DNA from: a virus
Length of the DNA: 64,000 bases
Virus record (IMG/VR): IMGVR_UViG_3300024324_000009
Span: 32,001 to 96,000 of that record
Reading direction: 5' to 3' (one strand)
Below are positions 1 to 10,235 of the stretch, in pieces. The stretch's first letter is position 1, and every line of letters begins with the position of its first letter. Position numbers and translations under genes: made by a program. The notes beneath the pieces were generated by a model. It saw nothing but the letters and a program-made list of their open reading frames with translations, searched no databases and was not told where the DNA came from.

Positions 1-1722
1 ACTCCTGAAGGCGGCTACGAAGGCGATATGTCGCCTTTGCCTCCTCGTCCTTTACAATTTAATGCAGATAATGAATCTGTTTGGAGAAACTATCTTGCAA
101 GTGGAATAGGCGGCATTAAAGTATACAATGAATACAAGAACGAATTTTTACATTCTGCTTTTGAAAATGTGTTTTTTAGTCCAGATTCAGAGAATTGGCC
201 TCCTGTTGACCTAAACAAAACAGATGCACATCTGATTTTTGATGACAGTTTGTTTAATACTACAAATATACTTAATTCAGGAATAGCGACTACAGGAACA
301 GAAACATTTTTTCCAGACGATAGAATGTGCTTAATAACTGGTACTGACATGATGTTTCCTGCCGATCCAGATAAATGGTCTGTGGGCAGAGGAATAAATT
401 TTAATGGTGGACATGTATTGCCTTACATGACTAACCTAAGTCGGTATCAGTATAATATGCAAAGGTTCGGAGTCTGTGAAGAGTGCCCCGAAACAAACGG
501 CATAGATAGATGGAGTGGGTCAGGTGTAAATTCTGGGCAGGCTTGGACTATTAGTACATGGGTCTACTTTGAGAACGAAGACGATATCATTCATTTATAT
601 TCTAGATTTTTTGATGATGACATTAATATTTCTGGAGGTATAGATTATATTAGAGGTATGGACAGAAACCAATACTTATTTAATCTTGGTGACGATCCAC
701 CCGGAGACCCAATTTTTCCAGACGCATACTATCTCTCTTGCGAAAATCCACCTGACCCCAATGGTGTTTCACCTGATCCTGCTTATTGGGACTGCAATGA
801 TTATTATACTGCTACAGGAGGAATACCTTTACTGAATAGAGAGAATAATTATGGAGAATGGCAGTTTGCATTGTATGCTACTCGTTCAGGCATCAGACTG
901 TCTACAATAGGTGCTGCTACTAATTTATATTATTATAGGTTTCAGCAAGACCCGCTACCCGGAACTGACATAAGTAACGAGTTCCCTCCTAATGACCCTA
1001 CTAGTTTTCAAAACCTAGACAGTGTTCCTTATACACAGCAGTTTCAAGGAAGCATGGAGAATCCTATAGGATACAGAGAATGGTTCTTTAGTGGAGAAAT
1101 ACCAGTTAAACAATGGTGTCACATAGAAATCAACAAATCATCAGACAGGACAGTAAGAGTTTTTGCTTCTGGTTATCCTGCAAGTGGACACCAAGTAGTA
1201 GCAGGTTCTCATGTAACCAACTGGTACAGAGGTCTTATGCAAGATATGTGTGGAGAAACTTTAACAGGGCCAACTCCTGATCTTTACAGATTTAATGCTT
1301 CTGGATTTAACTTTAACTACTACAATGCTCCCGAAGATAGGGTTCAGCCTTTTCCTTGGATAGATGTAGGCCCAATATTTAATGCTATATATCCAATAGA
1401 AGGAAATACTGCAATGATCGGCTACCCTAACCCTATGATAGAAGTACCAGTTAGAGTTGGAGGTGGATATTCACAAATAGCAGATTATGTGTATGTAACT
1501 GGGGAAGCTATTCATCTTTCTCAGTACCCATTACCTTCTGTACAAGTTCCTTTGCCTAAAGACTTTTATATGAGTACAGCAAACCCACTTACAGGCATTA
1601 ACAATTTAGAATGTTCCTATGACAACTATTACTTATTTCAAGACCCTGTATCTAATGATCAATGGAGTAGCGGTCTAATTGTATCAAATTCTGGTTTCAG
1701 ATTCGGAGTAAAAAAACTATGA
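1..1722 (+). CDS. Putative virion protein with LamG/concanavalin-A-like segments (probably 5'-truncated)
   Basis: The frame is open from base 1 into the ATG at 28. WTISTWVYF and WCHIEINKSSDRTVRVFASG resemble LamG-like strands. First gene of the structural arm. Confidence 0.5.
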   Translation, partial: TPEGGYEGDMSPLPPRPLQFNADNESVWRNYLASGIGGIKVYNEYKNEFLHSAFENVFFSPDSENWPPVDLNKTDAHLIFDDSLFNTTNILNSGIATTGTETFFPDDRMCLITGTDMMFPADPDKWSVGRGINFNGGHVLPYMTNLSRYQYNMQRFGVCEECPETNGIDRWSGSGVNSGQAWTISTWVYFENEDDIIHLYSRFFDDDINISGGIDYIRGMDRNQYLFNLGDDPPGDPIFPDAYYLSCENPPDPNGVSPDPAYWDCNDYYTATGGIPLLNRENNYGEWQFALYATRSGIRLSTIGAATNLYYYRFQQDPLPGTDISNEFPPNDPTSFQNLDSVPYTQQFQGSMENPIGYREWFFSGEIPVKQWCHIEINKSSDRTVRVFASGYPASGHQVVAGSHVTNWYRGLMQDMCGETLTGPTPDLYRFNASGFNFNYYNAPEDRVQPFPWIDVGPIFNAIYPIEGNTAMIGYPNPMIEVPVRVGGGYSQIADYVYVTGEAIHLSQYPLPSVQVPLPKDFYMSTANPLTGINNLECSYDNYYLFQDPVSNDQWSSGLIVSNSGFRFGVKKL

Positions 1723-4289
1723 GTATTTCACAGACCATAAATGTAGCAAATTTAGGACAAGTAGTAACTAACGCAGGAGGAATCACATTTGCTGTAGCAA
1801 CTCCTACTGGTACACTAGGTGCTATATCAACTCTTAATGTTGATGGCTTAAGCGTTAATACTGGCCTTAGATCAGTGCTTGTTAATGTTCCTTGTTCTGC
1901 TTATCAAGGTTCTTTAAATAGTGCAAGTTTTAGCTTTCGCACATTCAGGTCTTCTATTTATTTAAGTGCAGAGGGTAGGCCTCCTTTTGCTTTTGTAAAT
2001 ACTGAAGATCAACTTTTTAATTTGCAGTCACTTGCTCTCGAAAACGGCCTTAGAGTTGATGACTATGTTATATTCAATGCTGATGATCCCTTGTCTGATT
2101 ATAAGATAGGAGATGCCGCACTTTTTATCGGGCCTATTGCCGAACCTCCTGCTGAGAATGCTTGGGTTAGATATCCCGGTGGTATAACTAGTGCTCCTAT
2201 AAACCCATCTACCCCTGTTGCTTCAACCGGAGTTAAAGTAGATGGTAAACTGGTTACTAATGACACGGCCCTTCCTAATAACGCAGGGGCTTGGAACATT
2301 ATGCCGAAAACTGAAAGTAGCTACAGCTACGACATATCAGCTAATGGCTTTATTAATATAGATGTTACAGATGTTGTTAAGGAGATAACAGATCAGCCTC
2401 TTTGGGAAAAGAATAATCAACTATCTATAATTTTTGAACCAGAAGGCAATGATGGGGACTACCTATTTGACATGGGTGTAAGTTCAAGTCAGTTTACATT
2501 TACGACAGACCACAACCCCGTCCCACCATTTAAACCACAAGATATTCAGATTCAATCAGAATATCGAGCATTGGCTGTCACTTGGGAGCCTCCACTTGAT
2601 GATGGTGGTTCTCCAGTAATTGGATATGCTTTTGAATATAGGTCAGAATCAGAACAAGAATGGACTTCGACACTTGGGACTAGTGCAGATGAGCGTTACT
2701 ACAATATAGAAGGTCTTACTCCGGGCATATACTACTATGTTAGAATAGCAGCAGCAAACGAGATAGGCTTAGGAGATTGGGCTACTCCCACCACTCCCGA
2801 AAAACCAAACAATAATGCCCCGGTTCCCATTAACTCCTTGGACTTTAATAGTGCTAACCCTATTCGGGTTAGAATTAGAAGAGACTACTCAGCAGCATGG
2901 GACGCAGCAGACCCAGTGTTAGCCATTGGAGAGCCGGGGTATGTTTTAGATACTAACTTTATGAAAGTAGGAGACGGTCTTAGTAGCTGGACAGGATTAG
3001 GCTATGTCCAAGTCCCAGATAGTACTATTAATTTCCCTCCTCCACCAGATGTGTTTCTAAAAGTAAACGACAATGAGTTCGCTGCTTCTCCTGTAGTAGA
3101 GGTTAATCTTTCAAAAAGTCAACCTTTAACTATCAAAGCTGAAAATGGCATTAAGGCAGAATATAGCAACACCTATAAAACTGTTACTATGTCTTTAGAA
3201 ACTACTTTTAATCCTATACAAAGCGGTACGATTTCGAATCCTGAAGCATTAGGTTCTCAAGGGTCAGTCAGGTACGACAATGAAAGAATATTTATTTGCG
3301 TAGAAGAAAACTTGTGGAAGAGAGTATTACAAGATCAGCCTTGGTTTAATGTCGTTCCAATATCTGTTAGCGATGGTGCTGGGCAATACCCAAGTAATAC
3401 AGTCATATCAGCAGACGGTGCAATAGTACAAGTTCAGTCTAATGGTGATCCCTATCCAGCAAAAGCAGGTACACCTCTTGTTAATGACGGGTTGACTCCT
3501 AGAGGTGGATTTCTTGGAGGCTATATACCAGCAAGTCAAAATTATGACTTCGCTATTCTGTACAATGGTGGTGAATCTAATAGCAATCCTCAATTAGTTT
3601 CAGAAAACCCTATCGCAGTCACAGTCAACGGAGTGGTTATCAAGTCTTCTAAATATTCTGGAGACATAGACATTTTTTCTCCTCCAAATAACTTTGAATA
3701 TGACATGCCGTTTTGGACAAATTATTTTGGTATAGACGGTTGTAACGGTTTAGTATTAGATGATCTAGTTTATGTCTATTATGGAGGACGCTTCGTTAAT
3801 CAGTGTTGGAACACCAATAAGTTTTATGAGTCTAATGAGTATTTTAATGACACAAACTTTGCTGGAGACTATATTAGACATAATGATGGTCACTCAAAAA
3901 TCGTAGGAATAGCATTTGATGGCTATCCTATATATGGACCGTTCGGCTATTCTGACCCACTTAATACCAATTCTAATGTAAGACGCATAGCTTCTTCTTA
4001 CAGGAAACTTGCTACAGATGCTCATAGACCTAACGGATTTAAGTATAATAATTCTTATGTTATAGAAGATGTTACATATACTTTAATAGCCGGTGCGTTT
4101 GTGCAAGACTATCAGTTCGATACCACGTTTGGCGATTTGGATGAATATAATGGCCGATATTGCAAGACTCCAGAATACCCGAATGGCACTTATGCATACT
4201 TTTTGACGTTCTCTGACGACGAATTGCTTTATCCTGCATATCCTTATATAATTGGTACTAGCACTAGGGAGCAGCGTAGTGTATTATAG
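1719..4289 (+). CDS. Multidomain virion/fibre protein: FN3 + Mtd_N-like + YHYH-like domains
   Basis: FN3 (VTWEPPLDDGGSPVIGY...YYVRIAAANEIGLGDW); Mtd_N/hyaluronidase-N-like (RIRRDYSAAW...PVLAIGEPGY..DT..MKVGDG); YHYH-family C-terminus (GHSKIVGIAFDGYPIYGPFGY, DLDEYNGR..TPEYPNGTYAYF). ATGA overlap with the upstream stop. Confidence 0.7.
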   Translation: MSISQTINVANLGQVVTNAGGITFAVATPTGTLGAISTLNVDGLSVNTGLRSVLVNVPCSAYQGSLNSASFSFRTFRSSIYLSAEGRPPFAFVNTEDQLFNLQSLALENGLRVDDYVIFNADDPLSDYKIGDAALFIGPIAEPPAENAWVRYPGGITSAPINPSTPVASTGVKVDGKLVTNDTALPNNAGAWNIMPKTESSYSYDISANGFINIDVTDVVKEITDQPLWEKNNQLSIIFEPEGNDGDYLFDMGVSSSQFTFTTDHNPVPPFKPQDIQIQSEYRALAVTWEPPLDDGGSPVIGYAFEYRSESEQEWTSTLGTSADERYYNIEGLTPGIYYYVRIAAANEIGLGDWATPTTPEKPNNNAPVPINSLDFNSANPIRVRIRRDYSAAWDAADPVLAIGEPGYVLDTNFMKVGDGLSSWTGLGYVQVPDSTINFPPPPDVFLKVNDNEFAASPVVEVNLSKSQPLTIKAENGIKAEYSNTYKTVTMSLETTFNPIQSGTISNPEALGSQGSVRYDNERIFICVEENLWKRVLQDQPWFNVVPISVSDGAGQYPSNTVISADGAIVQVQSNGDPYPAKAGTPLVNDGLTPRGGFLGGYIPASQNYDFAILYNGGESNSNPQLVSENPIAVTVNGVVIKSSKYSGDIDIFSPPNNFEYDMPFWTNYFGIDGCNGLVLDDLVYVYYGGRFVNQCWNTNKFYESNEYFNDTNFAGDYIRHNDGHSKIVGIAFDGYPIYGPFGYSDPLNTNSNVRRIASSYRKLATDAHRPNGFKYNNSYVIEDVTYTLIAGAFVQDYQFDTTFGDLDEYNGRYCKTPEYPNGTYAYFLTFSDDELLYPAYPYIIGTSTREQRSVL

Positions 4290-4321
4290 GGTAGTAACTT
4301 TTACCGAAAGGGCTAATAAAT

Positions 4322-4846
4322 ATGTTTGATCATTTAATAACTCCTGCTTTTAAGAACCTTTACAAAGAAGCTATTGATACGCTTATAGTCAACAGCACCA
4401 ATTCTTTAACTGTACCTTGCAAGTTTATATATGACAGTGTAGAACGCAAACTGTGTCCTAATTGTGTATTTGATCCTATACAGCAAAGATCACTCAATAA
4501 GTACAACGGTAGCGGGCCAGCACCTTTTCCTGATCAGAGCATATGCCCTGTCTGTGGTGGATATGGCTTTAGCAACATAAGGAATGAAGAGGTAGCACAC
4601 ATGGGTATTATATTTGACAGTAAGTACTGGATGAACTGGGGTTCTAACTCAGTTAATATTACAGAAGGCATGGTGCAAAGTTTGTCAACTATAAAACTTT
4701 TTAATCAAATTAAAAACTGTAGAGAAATGATTATGGATACTAATCTTTCTCATCTTGGTAACTATAATTATACCAGAGCGGGAGAACCTGAACCAGCAGG
4801 TCTAGGGGATCATATCTACTTAATTACTATGTGGAAAAGATTATGA
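4322..4846 (+). CDS. Hypothetical protein with two CxxC motifs, possible head-closure/neck protein
   Basis: CPNC and CPVC motifs; lies three genes upstream of the putative tail tube. Function inferred from synteny only. Confidence 0.4.
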   Translation: MFDHLITPAFKNLYKEAIDTLIVNSTNSLTVPCKFIYDSVERKLCPNCVFDPIQQRSLNKYNGSGPAPFPDQSICPVCGGYGFSNIRNEEVAHMGIIFDSKYWMNWGSNSVNITEGMVQSLSTIKLFNQIKNCREMIMDTNLSHLGNYNYTRAGEPEPAGLGDHIYLITMWKRL

Positions 4847-5478
4847 AATTTGAAGTTACAATACAAGAAACAACTAACCAAATATCTAAAGAGATACTTA
4901 ATGCTATTTTAAAAGAAATGTCAAAGTCTTGGTTTAAAGGCACACAGGCTATTACTAAAGGTCTACCTACAGTAGTAATAGACGGTATAAAGTCTCAACC
5001 AGAATACAGTGCTTTGCTTTCCGGTCAGTTGAAATTTGAATTTGGTCTTACTAATGCAATTACAAAAGTTGAAGAGATTATTAATATTTGGGCAAATAAC
5101 ATTGCACTGACAAACTCTCCTCCTAAAATACGAGGTTCGCAAATAACAGCGTCTTATTCGATCAGTATGATAAAGTCAGATTACAGCGATGTACTTTCAG
5201 CCCCTGCTGCTAAACAATTAATTGATGGAGGTAATTTACCTTGGCTAAATTGGTTATTGACCGCAGGTGGCAGTATTTTAGTTCCGTCTTATGATGTAGA
5301 ATTTGGGCCAAGTTCACGGTCTCGTACAGGTGGTGCTATTATGGTAAAAGGTGGTAGTTACCGAGTTGACCCAAAATATGCTGGAACACTAGGGAATAAT
5401 TGGATTACAAGAGCCGTTGGAAGTGTAAATAACAATATAGAAGAACTTATCACAACATCATTGAGGTCAGCATTATGA
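4843..5478 (+). CDS. Hypothetical neck/tail-completion protein
   Basis: The ATG at 4843 overlaps the upstream TGA (the ORF track starts at 4831). C-terminal AGTLGNNWITRAV resembles neck protein endings. Synteny. Confidence 0.4.
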   Translation: MKFEVTIQETTNQISKEILNAILKEMSKSWFKGTQAITKGLPTVVIDGIKSQPEYSALLSGQLKFEFGLTNAITKVEEIINIWANNIALTNSPPKIRGSQITASYSISMIKSDYSDVLSAPAAKQLIDGGNLPWLNWLLTAGGSILVPSYDVEFGPSSRSRTGGAIMVKGGSYRVDPKYAGTLGNNWITRAVGSVNNNIEELITTSLRSAL

Positions 5479-6563
5479 ATGAAGATTGTTCATGTAGTAA
5501 CGACATAGGCTTTAGTAAAGTAGATGAAATAGGCCCAAGTCAGCTAATTAACCAATTAGAAGAAAATATGAAGGCATTTCTAGACTACGGATTCCTCGAT
5601 ATAGGAGGTTTTGTTAATGTCCACTATTCTACTAGCGGGCTTTATGGAGGAAGTTTCGACAGATTGATGCCAAATGCTGAACCACCTTTTACTGATGGTA
5701 GAATGTACAGAACCCCTAAAAAAGATATAGTTTATGAGTCTGGTATGTCGTATAACGGAATTTCGCCCATTCCTGTTACTGGAGTTATCATCGATAATCA
5801 GTTCATTCCCGGTCCTACAGGCAATTCTCAGCATGGGTTTACAATTAACTATCCAGAAGGCTATGTTTTATTTAACCAGCCTTTAGATAGCAACGTAGAG
5901 GTTTACATGGCTTATTCCTACCGTTGGATACAGGTTTATAAAAGCAGTGCTAGTCCATATTGGAAAGAATTACAAGAACTTAGCTATAAACCCGGAGGTA
6001 TTCATGGCGGTCCCGGTGCTGTTCCTGATTCTCACCCTAGTGATGGAGACCATTGTCCTCCTATGCCAGTGTACAACGGCAACTGTGAATATGTCAACCC
6101 TAACCTGATAGATGCTAACGGAGCAGCACAATACACAGGCTATAGCAACTCACTTAATCATAACCTACAGATGCCCTGTATTGTGGTAGAGCCAGTAGCT
6201 AGAAGTGATGCAAAACCATATCAGTTAGGATGTGTTGATCATTGGATCGACCAAGATATTCTTTTGCATGTGTTTGCAGAAAATGGCATAGATAAAAATA
6301 GAATCTGTGACATAATTAGATTACAGAGAAATAAGACTATCTGCCTGTATGATCAGAACAAAGTGGCTAATAGCGGTGCAAGCCCTCTCAACTGGGATGG
6401 AAGCATTAATCAAAACGGCCTAAATTATCCATCGCTAGTTACGGATAACGATTATATTTTTACAAAATGCTATTTTAAAGACATTAAATTAATGGATATG
6501 GAAAGTTCAAATAAAAATTTGTATTGGTGTACAATAAGGGTAACAACAGAGGTTATTTTGTAG
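5475..6563 (+). CDS. Putative tail terminator/structural protein
   Basis: 362 aa, immediately upstream of the tail-tube candidate. The C-terminal MPCIVVE...QDILLHVFAE...RICDII pattern is terminator-like. Confidence 0.4.
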   Translation: MNEDCSCSNDIGFSKVDEIGPSQLINQLEENMKAFLDYGFLDIGGFVNVHYSTSGLYGGSFDRLMPNAEPPFTDGRMYRTPKKDIVYESGMSYNGISPIPVTGVIIDNQFIPGPTGNSQHGFTINYPEGYVLFNQPLDSNVEVYMAYSYRWIQVYKSSASPYWKELQELSYKPGGIHGGPGAVPDSHPSDGDHCPPMPVYNGNCEYVNPNLIDANGAAQYTGYSNSLNHNLQMPCIVVEPVARSDAKPYQLGCVDHWIDQDILLHVFAENGIDKNRICDIIRLQRNKTICLYDQNKVANSGASPLNWDGSINQNGLNYPSLVTDNDYIFTKCYFKDIKLMDMESSNKNLYWCTIRVTTEVIL

Positions 6564-6619
6564 TCAAGGCACTACATTCTTTTTTCCAACCAAAATCGAA
6601 ATACTGGAGACAAATACTC

Positions 6620-7741
6620 ATGGCTAATAATAGAATTTTTTATGCTTGCCACAATGTTCAAATTTGCGGTCCTTCTGGAACCACAACAGCAGAGAACGAA
6701 ACGTGGTATACAATACAAGGTGCTCAGAGCGTAGGCATGAACACCTCCTTTAATCTAGAAGCAGTTTATCAACTAGGTCAGTTGAGTCTTTATGATAACT
6801 ATGAAGAAACTCCAGAAGTTGAAATCACAGTTAATAAAGTACTTGACGGTCAACCAACGATGTATCAAAAATCAATGGGTCAGGGTAATCTTGCTGAACT
6901 TGCCAACAATCGTTGTGGCATTAAACTGAACATTTATCCTGATACAGACGTTCGTACTACAGGAGTACCTGTAGCCTCTGTTTTGTGTCAACCTTCTTAT
7001 CTTAGTACCGTAACTTACACATTCCCAACTGAAGGTAACTTCACAGAAGAATGTACTTTTGTAAGTAATGATAAAGTATGGTTGAGGAAAGAAACTGACT
7101 ATGATTGGTCTTCTGATGTTGACAGTGCTCCACAGTATCAGTCACCATCCGGTATTGGTATCATGCGTAGACAGGCATTCTCAAAAGATACTAGCATCTT
7201 TCCAACAGGAAACGATCCACTCATTCCAACACGGTTTGCTGAAAGCGGTGGAATCCCAGAAAGTATGCGTTTCAACAACATCACTGTAAGTATGAACCTT
7301 GGTCGTGAAGAAATTCGTGAACTTGGTCGCCGTACTCCTTTCTATCGTTACATTAGCTTCCCTGTTGAAGTAACATGCGAAATCGAATGTACTGCTAATA
7401 CTGGTGATATGGTTGGTACTGCTGAAGGTGCAGATGGATGTAACACTCCTAAGTTGCTTTCAGAAAAAGAAATCGTTCTTGACTTCTGCGATGGTATGAA
7501 AATTGATCTCGGTCTTAAGAACAAACTACAAAGTGTTAACTACACTGGCGGTGATACTGGTGGTGGCAACGTGCTTATCACTTACAGCTACAGTAATTTT
7601 AATGACTTTACCTACGAAGGTCCAGACCGTGGTAAGTCTGACATTAATGCTGATGCTAGCAACTTCCAGAGCTCTGGTCCGGGTAACACAGACACCTTGA
7701 CAGACGGTGAAGCAGTTGATGATGCTGCAACACCAGCGTAA
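6620..7741 (+). CDS. Putative major tail tube protein
   Basis: The ATG at 6620 has a GGAG RBS (6606-6609), a better start than 6524. Beta-rich acidic protein with QGAQSVGMNTSFNLEAVYQLGQ and NLGREEIRELG; lies upstream of chaperone-like genes and the TMP. Confidence 0.6.
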   Translation: MANNRIFYACHNVQICGPSGTTTAENETWYTIQGAQSVGMNTSFNLEAVYQLGQLSLYDNYEETPEVEITVNKVLDGQPTMYQKSMGQGNLAELANNRCGIKLNIYPDTDVRTTGVPVASVLCQPSYLSTVTYTFPTEGNFTEECTFVSNDKVWLRKETDYDWSSDVDSAPQYQSPSGIGIMRRQAFSKDTSIFPTGNDPLIPTRFAESGGIPESMRFNNITVSMNLGREEIRELGRRTPFYRYISFPVEVTCEIECTANTGDMVGTAEGADGCNTPKLLSEKEIVLDFCDGMKIDLGLKNKLQSVNYTGGDTGGGNVLITYSYSNFNDFTYEGPDRGKSDINADASNFQSSGPGNTDTLTDGEAVDDAATPA

Positions 7742-7789
7742 GTTGATAGAAAGTAAGATTTAGCCAAGGATAAATAGCTCGGAGGAAAA

Positions 7790-7948
7790 ATGGACGAAGT
7801 ATTTCAACACCTTGGGCGACTGTACTACGATGTGGTGCAGTCGCAAAAGGTTATCGAAAATTTAAAGCAACAACTAGAAGAAGCCAATAAAGAAGTACAG
7901 GCTTTAAAACAGGCAGGACAAACCCAAGACATACTATCAGACAATTAA
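7790..7948 (+). CDS. Small coiled-coil protein (52 aa), absent from the ORF track
   Basis: Strong RBS GGAGG at 7781-7785. Translates to MDEVFQHLGRLYYDVVQSQKVIENLKQQLEEANKEVQALKQAGQTQDILSDN and fills the intergenic gap. Confidence 0.75.
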   Translation: MDEVFQHLGRLYYDVVQSQKVIENLKQQLEEANKEVQALKQAGQTQDILSDN

Positions 7949-7956
7949 GGATAACA

Positions 7957-8985
7957 GTGGATGAAGAAAGAAGAAAAACATCTCTAGTACACAGACTCTT
8001 ATCAGGCACTCTTATATTCCGCGAGGAAGATAGGATTTTGGAGTTAATATCTCCAAGCCTCGATGTCAAGCTATTATCAGATGTGGTTTATGAAGAACAC
8101 TACCAAGACAATATTTATGATTTTATTCTAAAAGAAGATGTGAGACCTCTGTTGTTAAAGGCCGAACTTATTGGACATTTTTATGACAAAGATTTGGAAA
8201 GAATAATTAAGAAAATCGAAAAAATAAAAATACAACTTTTTTTAAATTATTGGGACAGAACTAAAACTAAAAGAAACAGAGCGGCATTGAAACATGCTAA
8301 AAAGTCACAGATTGATCTGATGACAAAAGGAATGTCCTTCGATCATTTAACCTTAGAACATTTTTGCAATATGGAAGCAGTTAAATATCAAATATCTAGA
8401 ACTTTAAGAGACCACGAAACAAAACAACCTGTACTTACTCCAGACTCTAACAAAATAGATTACGAGAAGTATTTACATATAATAAATCAGCACACACTAG
8501 AACTAAACACTATTAGAAAAGTCGCTAGAAGCGAATATTGGAAAGGATACTTTCTATCAAATGAACACAACGTATTTGGCAAGAGTGTAGGAGACCTTAA
8601 TCCTGAACAACTTTCTCTGTTAACTACTACAAGAATGTATACTAGGATCGCAGAACATACAGATGCACCGAATGAGACTATATTAAATGATGATGATGCT
8701 TTAGATGGTTGGGTCTTACATCAAACTGAAAAAGCCTTAGAAGAAAAGAAAAAGGGAGATAAAAAAGATAGTAAGATAGGTAACGCTCAAGAAGTTTTTT
8801 ATATGGCAGAAAACCAAGAACAAAGAGAAGATATTTTAGCACTTAATACACAGGCATCAGAACAGATACAGAAGAACAGAATGAACCAAGTAATGAATAC
8901 GACAGAAGCAATAGACTCAGCAGATTTTCAGGACGTAAGACAAGAACTGAATGAAGCAGTCGCAAATAAACAGAAGAGGGTATGA
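7957..8985 (+). CDS. Hypothetical protein, possible tail assembly chaperone
   Basis: GTG start with AAGGA RBS; helical and charged; lies between the tube and TMP genes. Confidence 0.4.
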   Translation: MDEERRKTSLVHRLLSGTLIFREEDRILELISPSLDVKLLSDVVYEEHYQDNIYDFILKEDVRPLLLKAELIGHFYDKDLERIIKKIEKIKIQLFLNYWDRTKTKRNRAALKHAKKSQIDLMTKGMSFDHLTLEHFCNMEAVKYQISRTLRDHETKQPVLTPDSNKIDYEKYLHIINQHTLELNTIRKVARSEYWKGYFLSNEHNVFGKSVGDLNPEQLSLLTTTRMYTRIAEHTDAPNETILNDDDALDGWVLHQTEKALEEKKKGDKKDSKIGNAQEVFYMAENQEQREDILALNTQASEQIQKNRMNQVMNTTEAIDSADFQDVRQELNEAVANKQKRV

Positions 8986-9293
8986 TTATGTCTAATGAAG
9001 ATGTGGAACAACTGATTAGAAAAAGAATACAAACAACTATGATTGGAGCATTAGCAAGATTTGAAGAAAACTTTGGACATTTATGGGGGCATTACAAAGA
9101 CCCTAGCGAACCATTGACTTCAGAAGAAGAAAAGTTTGCAGACACTTGGGACTATACCAGAAATCAAATTCTTAACCAAGGAAATAGTCAGATAAGAAAC
9201 TTATCTAAGGACTTGCAAAATGCCATAAGCGGCAACAGCAATCAAACTCGTTATCAATATAATTTCGGAAAACCTAGAGAGAAAAGAGGATAA
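8982..9293 (+). CDS. Hypothetical protein
   Basis: 103 aa, ATGA-coupled to the upstream gene. Confidence 0.6.
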   Translation: MIMSNEDVEQLIRKRIQTTMIGALARFEENFGHLWGHYKDPSEPLTSEEEKFADTWDYTRNQILNQGNSQIRNLSKDLQNAISGNSNQTRYQYNFGKPREKRG

Positions 9294-9294
9294 T

Positions 9295-10191
9295 ATGAAT
9301 ACTTATGATTTTAAAGCAACTGTAGATGGAAAAGAATGTGAGTTTACCGTTATGAGTCCATCTAACTTCCATTATACTGAAGCACAGAAAGTGTATAATC
9401 ATGCTTTTAGTGATGCGGTTAAGTCTAATGCCATCGTTAGAGCAAAAATGGAAGATGTTCTTCGGGATCAGGGACTATGGGATGACAAGAAAGAATCTGA
9501 GTATACTCAGATTGTACAAGAAATAGCTAATGGTGAAAGACTTTTGAAAAAGGGTGGAATTAAGCTATCTGAGGCTAAAAATTTGGCTATGGAGATGGCA
9601 GATAAACGGTCAAAGCTACGTGAATTGATCTCTGTTAGGACAAGTTTAGACAACCAGAGTGCTGAAGGTCAAGCCGATAACTCTAAATTTAATTATCTAG
9701 TATCAGCTTGTGTGGTGTATAAAAGTAATAATCAGCCCTATTTCAAGTCTCTTGAAGAATATCTAAGTAGTAATGCTTCAGAAGTCTCTAATACAGGTGC
9801 TAAACTTTTGGCTAATATGTTATATGGACTTGAAGACGACTTTGAGAAGAAACTACCAGAAAACAGGTTTCTTAAAAAGTATAATTTTGTAAACGATGAT
9901 TTACAGTTGGTAAACAAAGAAGGTCATATTGTTGATAGAGAAGGCAGACTTATTGATAAGTTTGGCAGATATGTTAATGAGAAGGGCGACTATGTTGATA
10001 GACAAGGGAATTTGATTGATGATGACGGGGATTATATTGTCGATGAGCATCCTTTCTTAGATGATGATGGCGAACCCATTCTAGAAGAAAAGACACAAGA
10101 AACCCCAACAGAAGAACAGCAGGATGAAGAGAAAACCAAACCTGTCGCAAAAAAACCTCGTCAGAAAAAAGCTACTGCTGAAGCAGAGTAG
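9295..10191 (+). CDS. Putative tail assembly chaperone with C-terminal 7-aa repeats
   Basis: GAGGA RBS; immediately upstream of the TMP; carries [DN]xxGxx[IV] repeats. Confidence 0.45.
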   Translation: MNTYDFKATVDGKECEFTVMSPSNFHYTEAQKVYNHAFSDAVKSNAIVRAKMEDVLRDQGLWDDKKESEYTQIVQEIANGERLLKKGGIKLSEAKNLAMEMADKRSKLRELISVRTSLDNQSAEGQADNSKFNYLVSACVVYKSNNQPYFKSLEEYLSSNASEVSNTGAKLLANMLYGLEDDFEKKLPENRFLKKYNFVNDDLQLVNKEGHIVDREGRLIDKFGRYVNEKGDYVDRQGNLIDDDGDYIVDEHPFLDDDGEPILEEKTQETPTEEQQDEEKTKPVAKKPRQKKATAEAE

Positions 10192-10235
10192 TGTTAATGT
10201 ACACATGATGTCATTAGGATTATAGGAGAACCAAT

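Noticed and set aside
2865-3015. Diversity-generating retroelement suggested by the Mtd_N-like domain
   Set aside because: No reverse transcriptase or TR/VR repeat pair was noticed in the window, and Mtd_N is a generic fibre module.
4277-6545. Possible late-promoter motif GTGTA..ATA(A)GGGTA at about 4279 and 6526
   Set aside because: There are only two loose instances, both overlapping coding sequence, which is insufficient without a genome-wide motif search.
8237-10182. Programmed -1 frameshift in the tail chaperone genes (T TTT TTA near 8238; A AAA AAA near 10149)
   Set aside because: The -1 frames hit stop codons within about 10 codons, so no G/GT-type extension is produced.
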